DNA from: Chiloscyllium plagiosum
Taxonomy: Eukaryota
Length of the DNA: 46,537 bases
Assembly (NCBI RefSeq): GCF_004010195.1
Contig: NW_025215330.1
Coordinates: 44,821 to 91,357, forward strand
Direction: 5' to 3'
Part shown: in pieces, positions 11,111 through 24,258 of the stretch
Numbering within the stretch: the first letter of the stretch is position 1
Layout of the letters: each line of letters begins with the position of its first letter
Made by a program: the position numbers and the translations under genes
Notes under the pieces: model-generated
Databases searched by the model: none
Seen by the model: only the letters and a program-made list of their open reading frames with translations
What the model was told of the DNA's origin: nothing

Positions 11111-14100
11111 CGCAGTGACTCGGCTCCAGCTCCTATATTTTCTATAATACAGGAGGAAGCGGGGACGCTGCTCCAGCTCCATTATTTTCTATAGTACAGG
11201 AGGAAGCAGAGACGATGCTCCAGCTCCTTTATTTTCTGTAATATAGGACGAAGCAGGGACGGGGCACTAGCTCCTTTATTTTCTAGAATAGCGGAGGAAG
11301 CAGTGACGCTGCTCCAACTCCTTTATTGTCTGGAATAGAGGAAGAAGCAGTGACGCTACTCCAGCTCCTTTATTTTCTACAATACAGGCGGAAGCAGAGA
11401 CGCTGCTCCAGCACCTTTATTTTTATAATACAGGAGGCAGAAGTGACGTGGCTCCAGCTCCTTTATTTTCTATAATACTGGAGAATGCAGAGACGCTGCT
11501 CCAGCTCCTTTATTTTCTATGATACAGGAGGAAGTAGTGAGGCTGCTCCAGCTCCTTTATTTTCAATAATACAGGAGTGAATAGTGCAGTTGCTCCAGCT
11601 CCTTTAATTTCTATAATACAGGAGGAAGCAGTGACGCTGCTCCAGCTCCTTTATTTTCTATAATACAGGAGGAAGAAGAGACGCTGCTCCAGCTGCTTTA
11701 TTTTCTATAATACAGGAGGAAATGAAGACGCTGCTGCAGCTCCTTTATTTTCTATAATACAGGAGGAACAAGAGACGCTGCTCCAGCTGCTTTATCTTCT
11801 ATAATACAGGAGGAAATGAAGACGCTGCTGCAGCTCCTTTATTTTCTATAATACAGGAGGACGAAGAGACGCTGTTCCAAATCCTTTATTTTCTATAATA
11901 CAGGAGGAAGCAGTGACGCTGCTCCAGCTTCATTATTTACTATAATACCGGAGGAAGCAGAGACGCTGCTCCAGCTCCGTTATTTTATATAATACAGGAG
12001 GAAGCAGTGACGCTGCTCCAACTCCTTTATTTTCTATAATTCAGGAGGAAGCAGTGACGCTGCTGCAGCACCTTTATTTTCTATAACACAGGAGGAAATG
12101 GAGACGCTGCTGCAGCTCCTTTATTTTCTATAATTCAGGAGGAAGCAGTGACGCTGCTCCAACTCCTTTATTTTCGAAAATACAGGCGGAAGCAGAGATG
12201 CTGCTCCAACTCCTTTATTTTATATAATACAGGAGGAAGCAGAGACGCTGCTCCAGCTCCTTTATTTTCGATAATTCTAGAGGAAGCAGTGACGCTGCTG
12301 CAGCACCTTTATTTTCTAGCTGCTGCAGCTCCTTTATTTTCTACAATACACGAGGAAGTAGTGACGCTGCTCCAGCTCCTTTATTTTCTATAATACAGGA
12401 GGAAGCACTGACGCTGCTCCAGCTCCTATACTTTCGAAAATACAGGAGGAAATGGAGACGCTGCTCCAACATCTTGATTTTTAATAATACGGAAGGAAGC
12501 AGAGATGCTGCTCCAGCTCCTTTATTTTCGATAATACAGGAGGAAGCAGAGATGCTGCTCCAGCTCCTTTATTTTCTATAAAACAAGAAGAAGCAGTGAC
12601 GCTGCTCCAACTCCTTTATTTGCTATAACACACGAGGAAGCAGAGATGCTGCTTCAGCTCCTTTATTTTCGATAATAAAGGTGGAAGCAGAGTCGCTGCT
12701 CCAGCTCCAGTATTTTCTATAATACAGGAGGAAATGAAGACGCTGCTGCAGCTCCTTTATTTTCTACAATACAGGAGGAAACATTGACGCTGCTCCAGCT
12801 CCTTTATTTTCTATAACACAGCTGGAAGCAGTGACGCTGCTCCAACCCCTTTATCTCCGATAATAAAGGAGGAAGCAGAGTCGCTGCTCCAGCTCCAGTA
12901 TTTTCTATAATACAGGAGGAAGAAGAGACGCTCCTCCAGCTGCTTTATTTTCTATAATACAGGAGGAAATGAAGACGCTGCTGCAGCTCCTTTATTTTCT
13001 ATAATACAGGAGGAAGAAGAGACGCTACTCCAAATCCTTTATTTTATATAATACAGGAGGAAGCAGTGACGCTGCTCCAACTCCTTTCTATTCTATAATA
13101 CAGGAGGAAGCAGTGACGCTGCTCCAACTCCTTTATTTTATATAATACAGGAGGAAGCAGTGACGCTGCTCCAACTCCTTTATTTTCTATAATACAGGCG
13201 GAAGCAGAGATGCTGCTCCAACTCCTTTATTTTATATAATACAGGAGGAAGCAGAGACGCTGTTCCAGCTCCTTTATTTTCTAAAATTCTAGAGGAAGCA
13301 GTGACGCTCCTGCAGCACCTTTATTTTCTATGATGCAGGAGGAAATGCAGACGCTGCTGCAGATCCTTTATTTTCTACAATACAGGAGGAAGTAATGACG
13401 CTGCTCCAGCTCCTTTTTTTCTATAATACAGGAGGAAGCACTGACTCTGCTCCAGCTCCTATACTTTGGAAAATACAGGAGGAAATGGAGACGCTGCTCC
13501 AACATCTTTATTTTTAATAATACGGAAGGAAGCAGAGATGCTGCTCCAGCTCCTTTATTTTCGATAATACAGGAGGAAGCAGAGATGCTGCTCCAGCTCC
13601 TTTATTTTCTATAAAACAAGAAGAAGCAGTGACGCTGCTCCAACTCCTTTATTTGCTATAACACACGAGGAAGCAGAGATGCTGCTTCAGCTCCTTTATT
13701 TTCTATAATACAGGAGGAAACAGTGACGCTGCTCCAGCTCCTTTATTTTCTATAAAACAAGAGGAAGCACTGACTCTGCTCTAGCTCCTTTATTTTCTAT
13801 AACACAGCTGGAAGCAGTGACGCTGCTCCAACTCCTTTATTTTCGATAATACAGGAGGAAGCAGAGACGCTGCTGCAGCCCCAGTATTTTATATAACACA
13901 GGTCGAAGCAGTGACGCTGCTCCAACTCCTTTATTTTCTATAATAGAGGAGGAAGCAGAGACCCTTCTCTAGCTCCTTTATTTTCTATCACACAAAAGGA
14001 AGCAGAGACGCTTCTCGAGCGCCTTTATTTTCGATTACACTGGAGGCAGTAGTGACGCTGCTCCAGCTCCTTTATTTTCTATAATACAGGAGGTCGAAGA

Positions 14101-17100
14101 GACGCTGCTCCAAATCCTTTATTTTATATAATACAGGAGGAAGCAGTGACGCTGCTCCAACTCCTTTATTTTCTATAATTCAGGAGGAAGAAGTGACGCT
14201 GCTCCAACTCCTTTATTTTCAATAATACAGGCGGAAGCAGAGATGCTGCTCCAACTCCTTTATTTTATATAATACAGGAGGAAGCAGAGACGCTGCTCCA
14301 GCTCCTTTATTTTCTATAATTCTAGAGGAAGCAGTGACGCTGCTGCAGCACCTTTATTTTCTATAATGCAGGAGGAAATGCAGGCGCTGCTGTAGCTCCT
14401 TTATTTTCTACAATACAGGTGGAAGCAGTGACGCTGCTCTAACTCCTTTATTTTCGATAATAAAGGAGGAAGCAGAGACGCTGCTCCAGCTCCAGTATTT
14501 TCTATAATACAGGAGGAAATGAAGACGCTGCTGCAGCTCCTTTATTTTCTATAATACAGGAGGAAGAAGAGACGCTGCTCCAGCTGCTTTATTTTCTATA
14601 ATACAGGAGGAAATGAAGACGCTGCTGCAGATCCTTTATTTTCTATAATACAGGAGGAAGAAGAGACGCTGCTCCAAATGCTTTATTTTATATAATACAG
14701 GAGGAAGCAGTGACGATGCTCCAACTCCTTTATATTCTATAATACAGGAGGAAGCAGTGACGCTGCTCCAGCTCCTTTAGAGACGCTGCTCCAGCTGCTT
14801 TATCTTCTATAATACAGGAGGAAATGAAGACGCTGCTGCATCTCCTTTATTTTCTATAATATAGGAGGACGAAGAGACGCTGTTCCAAATCCTTTATTTT
14901 CTATAATACAGGAGGAAGCAGTGACGCTGCTCCAGCTTCATTATTTACTATAACACAGGTGGAAGCAGTGACGCTGCTCCAACTCCATTATTTTCTATAA
15001 TAGAGGACGAAGCAGTGACGCTGAACCAACTCCTTTATTTTCTATAATAAAGGAAGAAGCAGAGACGCTTCTCTCGCTCCTTTATTTTCTATCACACAGG
15101 AGGAAGCAGAGACTCTTCTCTTGCTCCTTTATTTTCTATTATACAGGAGGAAGCAGAGACGCTTCTCGAGCTGCATTATTTTCTATAATACAGGAGGAAG
15201 CAGTGACGCTGCTCCACCTCCTTTATTTTGTATCACACAGGAGGAAGCAGAGACGGTGCTCCAACTCTTTTATTTTCTATAATACAGGAGGGAGCGGTGA
15301 CGCTGCTCCTGCTCCGTTATTATCGATAATACAGGAGGAATCAGTAAGGCTTCTTCAGCTCCTTTATTTTCTATAATACAGGAGGAAGCAGTGACGCTAC
15401 TCCAGCTCCTTTTTTTGCTGTAATACAGGAGGAAGCAGTGACGCTGCTCCAGCTCCTTTATTTTCTATAATACAGGAGGAAGCAGTGACGCTGCTCCACC
15501 ACCTTTATTTTCTATAATACAGGAGGAAATGGCGAATCTGCTCCAGCTCCTTTATTTTATAAATACAGGAGGAAGCAGTGACGCTGCTCCAGGTCCTTTA
15601 TTTTCTTTCATACAGGAGGAAGTAAAGACGCTGCTCCAAATCCTTTATTTTCTATAATACAGGAGGAAGCAGTGACGCTGCTCCAGCACCTTTATTTTCT
15701 ATGATACAGGAGGAAGCAAAGACGCTGCTGCAAATCCTTTGTTTTCGATAACACAGGAGGAAGCAGAAACGCTGCTCCAACACCTTTATTTTCTATAATA
15801 CAGGCGGAAGCAGAAATGCTGCTCCAACTCCTTTATTTTATATAATACAGGAGGAAATGGAGACGCTGCTGCAGCTCCTTTATTTTCTATAATGCAGGAC
15901 GAAGCAGTGACGCTGCTCCAGCTCCTTTATTTTCTATAATACAGGAGGAAGCACTGACGCGGCTCCAGCTCCTTCACTTTCTAAAATACAGGAGGAAATG
16001 GAGACGCTGCTCCAACATCTTTATTTTTAATAATACGGAAGGAAGCAGAGACGCTGCTCCAGCTCCTTTATTTACGATAATACAGGAGGAAGCAGAGATG
16101 CTGCTCCAGCTCCTTTACTTTCCATAAAACAAGAGGAAGCAGTGACGCTGCTCCAACTCCTTTATTTGCTATAATAAAGCAGGTATTATAACGGACCTGC
16201 TTCTATATATAGCAGGTGTTGTGGGCGGCACGGTGGCACAGTGGTTAGCACTGCTGCCTCACAGCGCTTGAGACCCGGGTTCAATTCCCGCCTCAGGCGA
16301 CTGACTGTGTGGAGTTTGCACGTTCTACCCGTGTCTGCGTGGGTTTCCTCCGGGTGCTCCGGTTTCCTCCCACAGTCCAAAAGATGTGCAGGGTCAGGTG
16401 AATTGGCCATGCTAAATTGCCCGTAGTGTTAGGTAAGGGGTAAATGTAGGGGTATGGGTGGGTTTCGCTTCGGCGGGTCGGTGTGGACTTGTTGGGCCGA
16501 AGGGCCTGTTTCCACACTGTAATGTAATCTAATCTAATCTAATCTAATCTAATACACGAGGAAGCAGAGGTGCTGTCTCGGGACCTTTATTTTCTATAAT
16601 ACAGGCGGAAGCAGAGGTGCTGCTCCAACTCCTTTATTTTCTATAATATAGGAGGAAGCAGAGGTGCTGCTCCAGCTCCTTTATGTTCTCTTATGCAGGA
16701 GGAAGCAGTGACGCTGCTCCAGCTCCTTTATTTTCAATCATACAGGAGGACGCAGAGGCGCGGCTTCAACTCCATTATTTTTTGGATTACATCAGGAAGC
16801 AGAGACGTTTCTCGAGCTCCTTTATTTTCTATAATACTCGAGGAAGCAGTGACGCTGCTACAACTCCTTTATTTTCTTTAATGCAGGAGGAAGCAGAGAC
16901 GCTGAACCAACTCCTTTATTTTCTATAATAGAGGAGGAAGCAGAGACGCTTCCTAGCTCCTTTATTTTCTATCACACAGGAGGAAGCAGAGACGCTTCCT
17001 AGCTCCTTTATTTTCTATCACACAGGAGGAAGCAGAGACGCTGCTCCAGCTCCAGTATATTCTATAATACAGGAGGAAGCAGTGACTCTTCTCGAGCTCC

Positions 17101-20100
17101 TTTATGTTCTATAATACAGGAGGAAGCAGAGACGCTTCACGAGCTCTATTATTTTCTGCAATACAGGAGGAAGCAGTGACGGCGCTCCAGCTCCTTTATT
17201 TTCTATCACATAGGAGGAAGCAGAGACGCTGCTCCCGCTCCTTTATTTTCTATCATACAGGAGGAAGCAGAGACGCTGCTCCAACTCTTTTATTTTCTAT
17301 ACTACAGGAGGGAGCGGTGACGCTGTTCCTGCTCCGTTATTATCTATAATACAGGAGGAAGCAGTAAAGGTTCTCCAGCTCCTATATCTTCTATAATACA
17401 GGAGAACGCAGAGATGCTGCTCCAGCTCCTTTATGTTCTATGATACAGTAGGAAGCAGAGACGCTGCCCCAGCTCATTTATTTTCTATAAAACAAGAGGA
17501 AGCAGTGACGCTGCTCCAACTCCTTTATTTTCTATCATACAGGAGGAAGCAGAGACGCTGCTCCAGCTCTTTTTATTCTGAAATACAGGAGGAAGCAGAG
17601 ACACTGCTCCAGCTCTTTATATTCTGAAATACAAGAGGAAGCAGTGACACTGCTCCAGCTCCTTTATTTTCTATAACACAGGCGGAAGCAGAGATGCTGC
17701 TCCAGCTCCTTTATTTTCTATAATACAGGACGAACTAGATTCGACGCCCCAGCTCCATTATTTTCTATATTACTGGAGGAAGCAGAGACCCTGCTCTAGC
17801 TGCTTTATTTTCTATAATACAGGAGGAAGCAGTGACACTGCTCCAACTCCTTTATTTTCTATAATGCAGGAGGTAGCAGAGACATTTGTCGAGCTCCATT
17901 ATTTTCTAAAATATAGGAGGAAGCAGTGACGCTGCTCCAGCTACTTTACTTTACATAATATAGGAGGAAGCAGTGACGCTGCTCATGCTCCTTTATTTTC
18001 TAAAGTACAGTTGGATGCAGTGACGCAGCTCCAGCTCCTTTATTTTCTATAACAGAGGAGGAAGCAGTCATGCTGCTACAGCTCCTTTGGTTTACCTAAT
18101 ACAGGAGGAAGCAGAGAGGCTACTCCGTCTCCTTTATTTTCTATAATACAGGAGTAAGCAGTGACGCTGCTCCAGCTCCTTTATTTTCTATAATACAGGA
18201 GGAACAGAGACGCTGCTCCATCGCCTTCATTTTCTATAATACAGGAGGAAGCAGAGATGCTGCATCCAGCTGATTTATATTCTATAATACAGGAGGAAGC
18301 AGAGACTCTGCTCCAGCTCCTTTATTTTCTATAATAGAAGAGGAAGCAGTGACGCTGCTCCAGCTCCTTTATTGTCTATAATACAGGAGGAAGCAGAGAA
18401 ACCGCTCCAGCTCCTTTATTTTATATAATACAGGAGGAGGGCAGTGACGCTACTCCAGCGCCATTAGTTTCTACAATACACGAGGAAGCAGTGACGCAGC
18501 CCCAGCTGATTTATTTTCTGTTATACAGGAGGAAGCAGTGACACTGCTCCAGCTTCTTTATTTTCTGTCATACAGGTGGAAGCAGTGACGCTGCTCCAGC
18601 TCCTTTATTTTCTGTAATACAGGAGGAAGCGGAGACCCTGGTCCAGCTCCTTTATTTTCTATAAAAGAAGAGGAAGCAATTACGCTGCTCCAACTCCTTT
18701 ATTTTCTATAATACAGGAATAAGCAGAATCACTGCTCCAGCTGCTTTGTTTTCTATAATACAGGAGGAAGCAGTGACGCTGCTCCAGCTCCATTATTTTC
18801 TATAATACAGTAGGAACCGGAGACGCCTCTCAAGCTTCTTTATTTTCTATAATGCAGGAGGTAGCAGAGACATTTCTCCAGCTCCATTATTTTCTATAAT
18901 ACAGGAGGAATCAGAGACGTTTCTCGATCTCCTTTATTTTCAATAATAGAGGAGGCAGCAGTGACGCTTCTCCAGCTCCTTTATTTTCTATAATACAGGA
19001 GGAAGCAAAGACACTTCTCGAGTTCCATTATTTTCTACAATACAGGAGGAAGCAGAAACGCTGCTCCAGCTCCTCTATTTTCTATCATACAGGACGATGC
19101 AGAGACGCTGCTTCACCTCCTTTATTATCTGTAATACAGGAGGAAGCAGTGACACTGCTCAAACTCCATTATTTTCTATAATACAGTAGGAAGCAGAGAC
19201 GGCTCTCTAGCTTCTTTATTTTCTATAATGCAGGAGGTAGCAGAGACATTTCTCGAGCTCCTTTATTTTCTATAATACAGGAGGAAGCCAGAGACGCTTC
19301 TCGAGCTCCATTTTTTGTTATATACAGGAGGAATCAGAGACGTTTCTCGATCTCCTTAATTTTCTATAATACAGGAGGCAGCAGTGACGCTTCTCCAGCT
19401 CCTTTATTTTCTGTAATACAGAAGGAAGCAAAGACGCTTCTCGAGTTCCATTATTTTTTATAATACAGGAGGAAGCAGAAACGCTGCTGCAGCTCCTTAA
19501 TTTTCTATCATCCTGGACGAAGCAGAGACTCCTTTATGTTCTATAATACAGGAGGAAATGGAGACGCTGCTCCAGCTTCGTTATTTTTTATAATACAGTA
19601 GGAAGCAGAGACGCTGCTCCAGCTCCTTTTTTTGTGTAATACAGGAGGAAGCAGAGACACTGCTCCAGCTCCTTTATTTTCTATAACACAGGAGGAAGCA
19701 GTGACGCAGCTCCAGCTCCTTTACTTTCTCTAATACAGGCTGAAGCAGCGAGGCTGCTCCAGCTCCTTTAGTTTCTCTAATACAGGCGGAAGCAGAGATG
19801 CTGCTCCAGCTCCATTATTTTCTATCATACAGGAGGAACCAGAGACGCTGCCCCAGCTCCATTATTTTCTATCATACTGGAGGAAGCAGAGACCCAGCTC
19901 CAGCTGCTTTATTTTCTATAATACAGGAGGAAGCAGTGACACTGCTCCAGCTCCTTTACTTTCTATAATACAGGAGGAACCAGAGACGCTGCCCCAGCTC
20001 CATTATTTTCTATCATACTGGTGGAAGCTGAGACACTGCTCCAGCTCCATTATTTTCTATAATACAGGAGGAAGCAGAGACGCTTCTCCAGCATCCTTAT

Positions 20101-22894
20101 TTTCTATAATGCAGGAGGTAGCAGAGACATTTGTCGAGCTCCATTATTTTCTATAATATAAGAGGAATCAGTGACGTTTCTCGATCTCCTTTATTTTCTA
20201 TCATACAGGAGGAAGCAGAGATGCTGCTCCAACTCCTTTATTTTCTTTCATACAGGAGGAAGCAGAGACGCTGCTCCAGCTGCTTTATTTTCTATCATAC
20301 AGGAGAAAGCAGGCGCGCTGCTCCAGTTCCTTTATTTTCCATCATACAGGAGGAAGCAGAGACACAGCACCAACTCCTTTATTTTCTGTAATATAGGAGG
20401 AAGCAGTGACGCTGTTCCTGCTCCTTTATTTTCTATAATACAGGAGGAAGCAGTGACGCTTCTCCAGCTCCTTTATTTCGTATGAAATTAGAGGAAGCAG
20501 TGACGCTGCTCATGCTCTTTATTTTCTAAAATACAGGGGAAGCAGAGACGCTGCCGCAGCTCCGTTATTTTATATAATACAGGAGGAAGCAGTGACGCTA
20601 CTCCAGCTCCATTATTTTCTATAATACAGGAGGAAGCAGAGACGCTCCTCCATCTCTTTTATTTCCAATAATACAGGAGGAAACAGTAACACTGCTCCAA
20701 CACCTTTATTTTCTATAATACAGGAGGAAGCAGAGACGCTGCCAAACTCCATTATTTTATATAATACAGGAGGAAGCAGTGACGCTGCTCCCGCTCCTTT
20801 TTTTGCAATAATACACGAGGAAGCAGTGACGCTGCTCATGCTCCTTTATTTTTATCAAACAGGAGGAAGCAGTGACGCTGCTCATGCTCCTTTATTTTCT
20901 ATTACAGAGGAGGAAGCAGTCACGCTGCTACAGCTCCTTTGTTTTACATAATACAGGAGGAAGCAGAGACACTGCTCCAGCTCCTTTATTTTCTATTACA
21001 GAGGAGGAAGCAGTCACGCTGCTACAGCTCCTTTGTTTTACATAAGACAGGAGGAAGCAGAGACACTGCTCCAGCTCCTTTATTTTCTATAACACAGGAG
21101 GAAGCAGTGACGCTGCTCCAGCTCCTTTTTTTGCAATAATACACGAGGAAGCAGTGACGCTGCTCATGCTCCTTTATTTTTGTCAAACAGGAGGAAGCAG
21201 TGACGCTGCTCATGCTCCTTTATTTTCTATTACAGAGGAGGAAGCAGTCACGCTGCTACAGCTCCTTTGTTTTACATAATACAGTTGGATGCAGTGACGC
21301 AGCTCCAGCTCCTTTATTTTCTATTACAGAGGAGGAAGCAGTCACGCTGCTACAGCTCCTTTGTTTTACATAATACAGGAGGAAGCAGAGACACTGCTCC
21401 AGCTCCTTTATTTTCTATAACACAGGAGGAAGCAGTGACGCTGCTCCAGCTCCTTTAGTTTATCTAATACAGGCGGAAGCAGAGATGCTGCTCCCCCTCC
21501 ATAAATTTATATCATATAGGAGGAAGCACAGACAGCAGTTGATGCAGCCCCAACTCCTTTATTTTCTATAATACAGGAGGAAATGGAGACGCTGCTCCAG
21601 CTTCGTTATTTTTTATAATAAGGTAGGACGCAGTGACGCTGCTCCAGCTCCTTTTTTTCTGTGATACAGGAAGAAACAGAGACACTGCTCCAGCTCCTTG
21701 ATTTTCTATAACACAGGAGGAAGCAGTGACGCTGCTCCTGCTCCTTTAGTTTCTCTCATACAGGCGGAAGCAGAGATGCTGCTTCAGCTCCATTATTTTC
21801 TAACATACAGGAGGAAGCACAGACACTGTTCCAGCTGCTTTGCTTTCCATAATAAAGGAGGAAGCTGTGACACTGCTCCAACTCCTTTATTTTCTATAAG
21901 ACAGGAGAAAGCAGAGATGCTGCTCCAGCTCCTTTATTTTCTATAATACAGGAGGAACCAGAGACGCTGCCCCAGCTCCATTATTTTCTATCATACTGGA
22001 ATAAGCAGAGACGCTGCTCCAGCTGCTTTATTTTCTATAATACAGGAGGAAGCAGTGACGCTGCTCCAGCTCCATTATTTTCTATAATACAGGAGGAAGC
22101 AGAGACGCTTCTCCAGCTTCCTTATTTTCTATAATGCAGGAGGTAGCAGAGACATTTGTCGAGCTCCATTATTTTCTATCATATTAGAGGAATCAGTGAC
22201 GTTTCTCGATCTCCTTTATTTTCTATCATACAGGAGGAAGCAGAGATGCTGCTCCAACCCCTTTATTTTCTGTCATACAGGAGGAAGCAGAGACGCTGCT
22301 GCAACTCCTTTATTTTCGATAATACAGGAGGAAGCAGAGATGCTGCTCCAGTTCCTTTATTTTCCATCATACAGGAGGAAGCAGAGACGCTGCTGCAGCT
22401 CCTTTATTTTCTGTAATACAGGAGGAAGCAGTGACGCTGTTCCTGCTCCTTTATTTTCTATAATAAAGGAGGAAGCAGTGACGCTTCTCCAGCTCCTTTA
22501 TTTCGTATGAAATTAGAGGAAGCAGTGACACTGCTCCAGCTGCTTTATTTTCTAAAATACAGGTGGAAGCAGTGACGCTGCTGCAGCTCCTTTATTTTCT
22601 GTAATAGAGGGCGAAGCAGAGACGCTGCTCCAGCTCCATTATTTTCTATAAAACAAGAGGAAGCAGTTACGCTGCTCCAGCTCCTTTATTTTCTGTAATA
22701 GAGGGCGAAGCAGAGACGCTGCTCCAGCTCCATTATTTTCTATAAAACAAGAGGAAGCAGTTACGCTGCTCCAGCTCCTTTATTTTCTATAATACAGGAA
22801 TAAGCAGAGTCACTGCTCCAGCTGCTTTGTTTTCGAGAATACAGGAGGAAGCACTGACACTGCTCCAACCCCTTTGTTTTGTATAATACGGAGG
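11105..22894. repeat. 47-bp tandem satellite, about 240 units (ctataatacaggaggaagcagtgacgctgctccagctcctttatttt)
   Basis: Unit read directly (e.g. 11611-11657, next unit begins 11658). Continuous for ~11.8 kb apart from the insertion at 16176-16553. Copy number is estimated as length divided by 47. Confidence 0.98.
16223..16553 (+). mobile_element. tRNA-derived V-SINE, HE1-like, apparently full length and young
   Basis: A-box tggcacagtgg, B-box ggttcaattcc, V-domain gtgtggagtttgcacgttct...gggtttcctccgggtgctccggtttcctcccacagtccaaa, LINE-like tail gggccgaagggcctgtttccacactgta, (TAATC)n end. Confidence 0.92.
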
Positions 22895-23139
22895 TGTCAA
22901 GCTGCTAAATCCAGAGTTTCCTGGAAGCCTGCAAACATATAGACTCACAAAGGCTTCGGTAATGTCATGCAGAGTGATCTCTTTACTACAGAGGAGTATG
23001 GAATATGGAGGGGTGGGACCCAAAAGTAATTTAGAAAGGAAACAGTGTGTATGAATTGATGCTGGCAAGAAAGAGCAAGCGATGTTTAGCAGACGTATTT
23101 TCAATAAAGAAAATGAAAATAAGTTAAGTAAGGAATATA

Positions 23140-23806
23140 NNNNNNNNNNNNNNNNNNNNNNNNNNNNNNNNNNNNNNNNNNNNNNNNNNNNNNNNNNNNN
23201 NNNNNNNNNNNNNNNNNNNNNNNNNNNNNNNNNNNNNNNNNNNNNNNNNNNNNNNNNNNNNNNNNNNNNNNNNNNNNNNNNNNNNNNNNNNNNNNNNNNN
23301 NNNNNNNNNNNNNNNNNNNNNNNNNNNNNNNNNNNNNNNNNNNNNNNNNNNNNNNNNNNNNNNNNNNNNNNNNNNNNNNNNNNNNNNNNNNNNNNNNNNN
23401 NNNNNNNNNNNNNNNNNNNNNNNNNNNNNNNNNNNNNNNNNNNNNNNNNNNNNNNNNNNNNNNNNNNNNNNNNNNNNNNNNNNNNNNNNNNNNNNNNNNN
23501 NNNNNNNNNNNNNNNNNNNNNNNNNNNNNNNNNNNNNNNNNNNNNNNNNNNNNNNNNNNNNNNNNNNNNNNNNNNNNNNNNNNNNNNNNNNNNNNNNNNN
23601 NNNNNNNNNNNNNNNNNNNNNNNNNNNNNNNNNNNNNNNNNNNNNNNNNNNNNNNNNNNNNNNNNNNNNNNNNNNNNNNNNNNNNNNNNNNNNNNNNNNN
23701 NNNNNNNNNNNNNNNNNNNNNNNNNNNNNNNNNNNNNNNNNNNNNNNNNNNNNNNNNNNNNNNNNNNNNNNNNNNNNNNNNNNNNNNNNNNNNNNNNNNN
23801 NNNNNN
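23140..23806. other. Assembly gap (667 N)
   Basis: Run of N bases. Confidence 1.
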
Positions 23807-24255
23807 GGTGCAGAGGAGGTTTACCTGGATGTTGCCTGGTATGGTAGGAAGATCGTGTGAGGAAAGGCTGAGGCACTTGGGGTTGTTTTCATTGGAGAAA
23901 AGAAGGTTTAGGGGTGACTTGATAGAGGTGTACAAGATGATTAGGGGTTTAGATAGGGTTGACCATGAGAACCTTTTTCCACGTATGGAGTCAGCTATTA
24001 CGAGGGGGCATAGCTTTAAATTAAGGTGGGGTAGGTATAGGACAGATGTTAGGAGTAGATTCTTTACTCAGCGAGTCGTGAGTTCATGGAATGCCCTGCC
24101 AGTAGCAGTGGTGGACTCTCCCTCTTTATGGGCATTTAAACGGGCACTGGATAGGCATATGGAGGATAGTGGACTAGTGTAGGTTAGGTGGGCTTGGATC
24201 GGCGCAACATCGAGGGCCAAAGGGCCTGTACTGCGCTGTATTTTTCTATGTTCTA
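23807..24255 (+). mobile_element. CR1-like LINE 3' end with intact ORF2 C-terminus
   Basis: VQRRFTWMLPG...LGLFSLEKRRFRGDLIEVYKMIRG...TRGHSFKL...FFTQRVVSSWNALP...FKRALD up to the stop at 24182, then gggccaaagggcctgtactgcgctgta and ttctatgttcta. Confidence 0.93.
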
Positions 24256-24258
24256 CAT

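Noticed and set aside
16223..16295. tRNA gene
   Set aside because: The A/B boxes run into a V-SINE body and LINE-like tail, with multiple copies in the window.
12148..22510. ORFs with repeating QEEAVTLLQLLYF or YRRKQR peptides
   Set aside because: The 47-bp period is not a multiple of 3 and the consensus has frequent stops, so these are chance openings.
11105..22894. CRISPR array (palindromic repeats at regular spacing)
   Set aside because: No unique spacers, since the whole 47-bp unit repeats; no cas genes; vertebrate exon-intron context.
11105..22894. Hammerhead-containing satellite like newt satellite 2
   Set aside because: No CTGANGA core in the consensus unit on either strand; the resemblance to the family-A stem II is only a few bases.
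22787..24182. Long ORFs of 250-382 aa
   Set aside because: They read through the N gap; only the CR1 C-terminus at 23808-24182 is meaningful.
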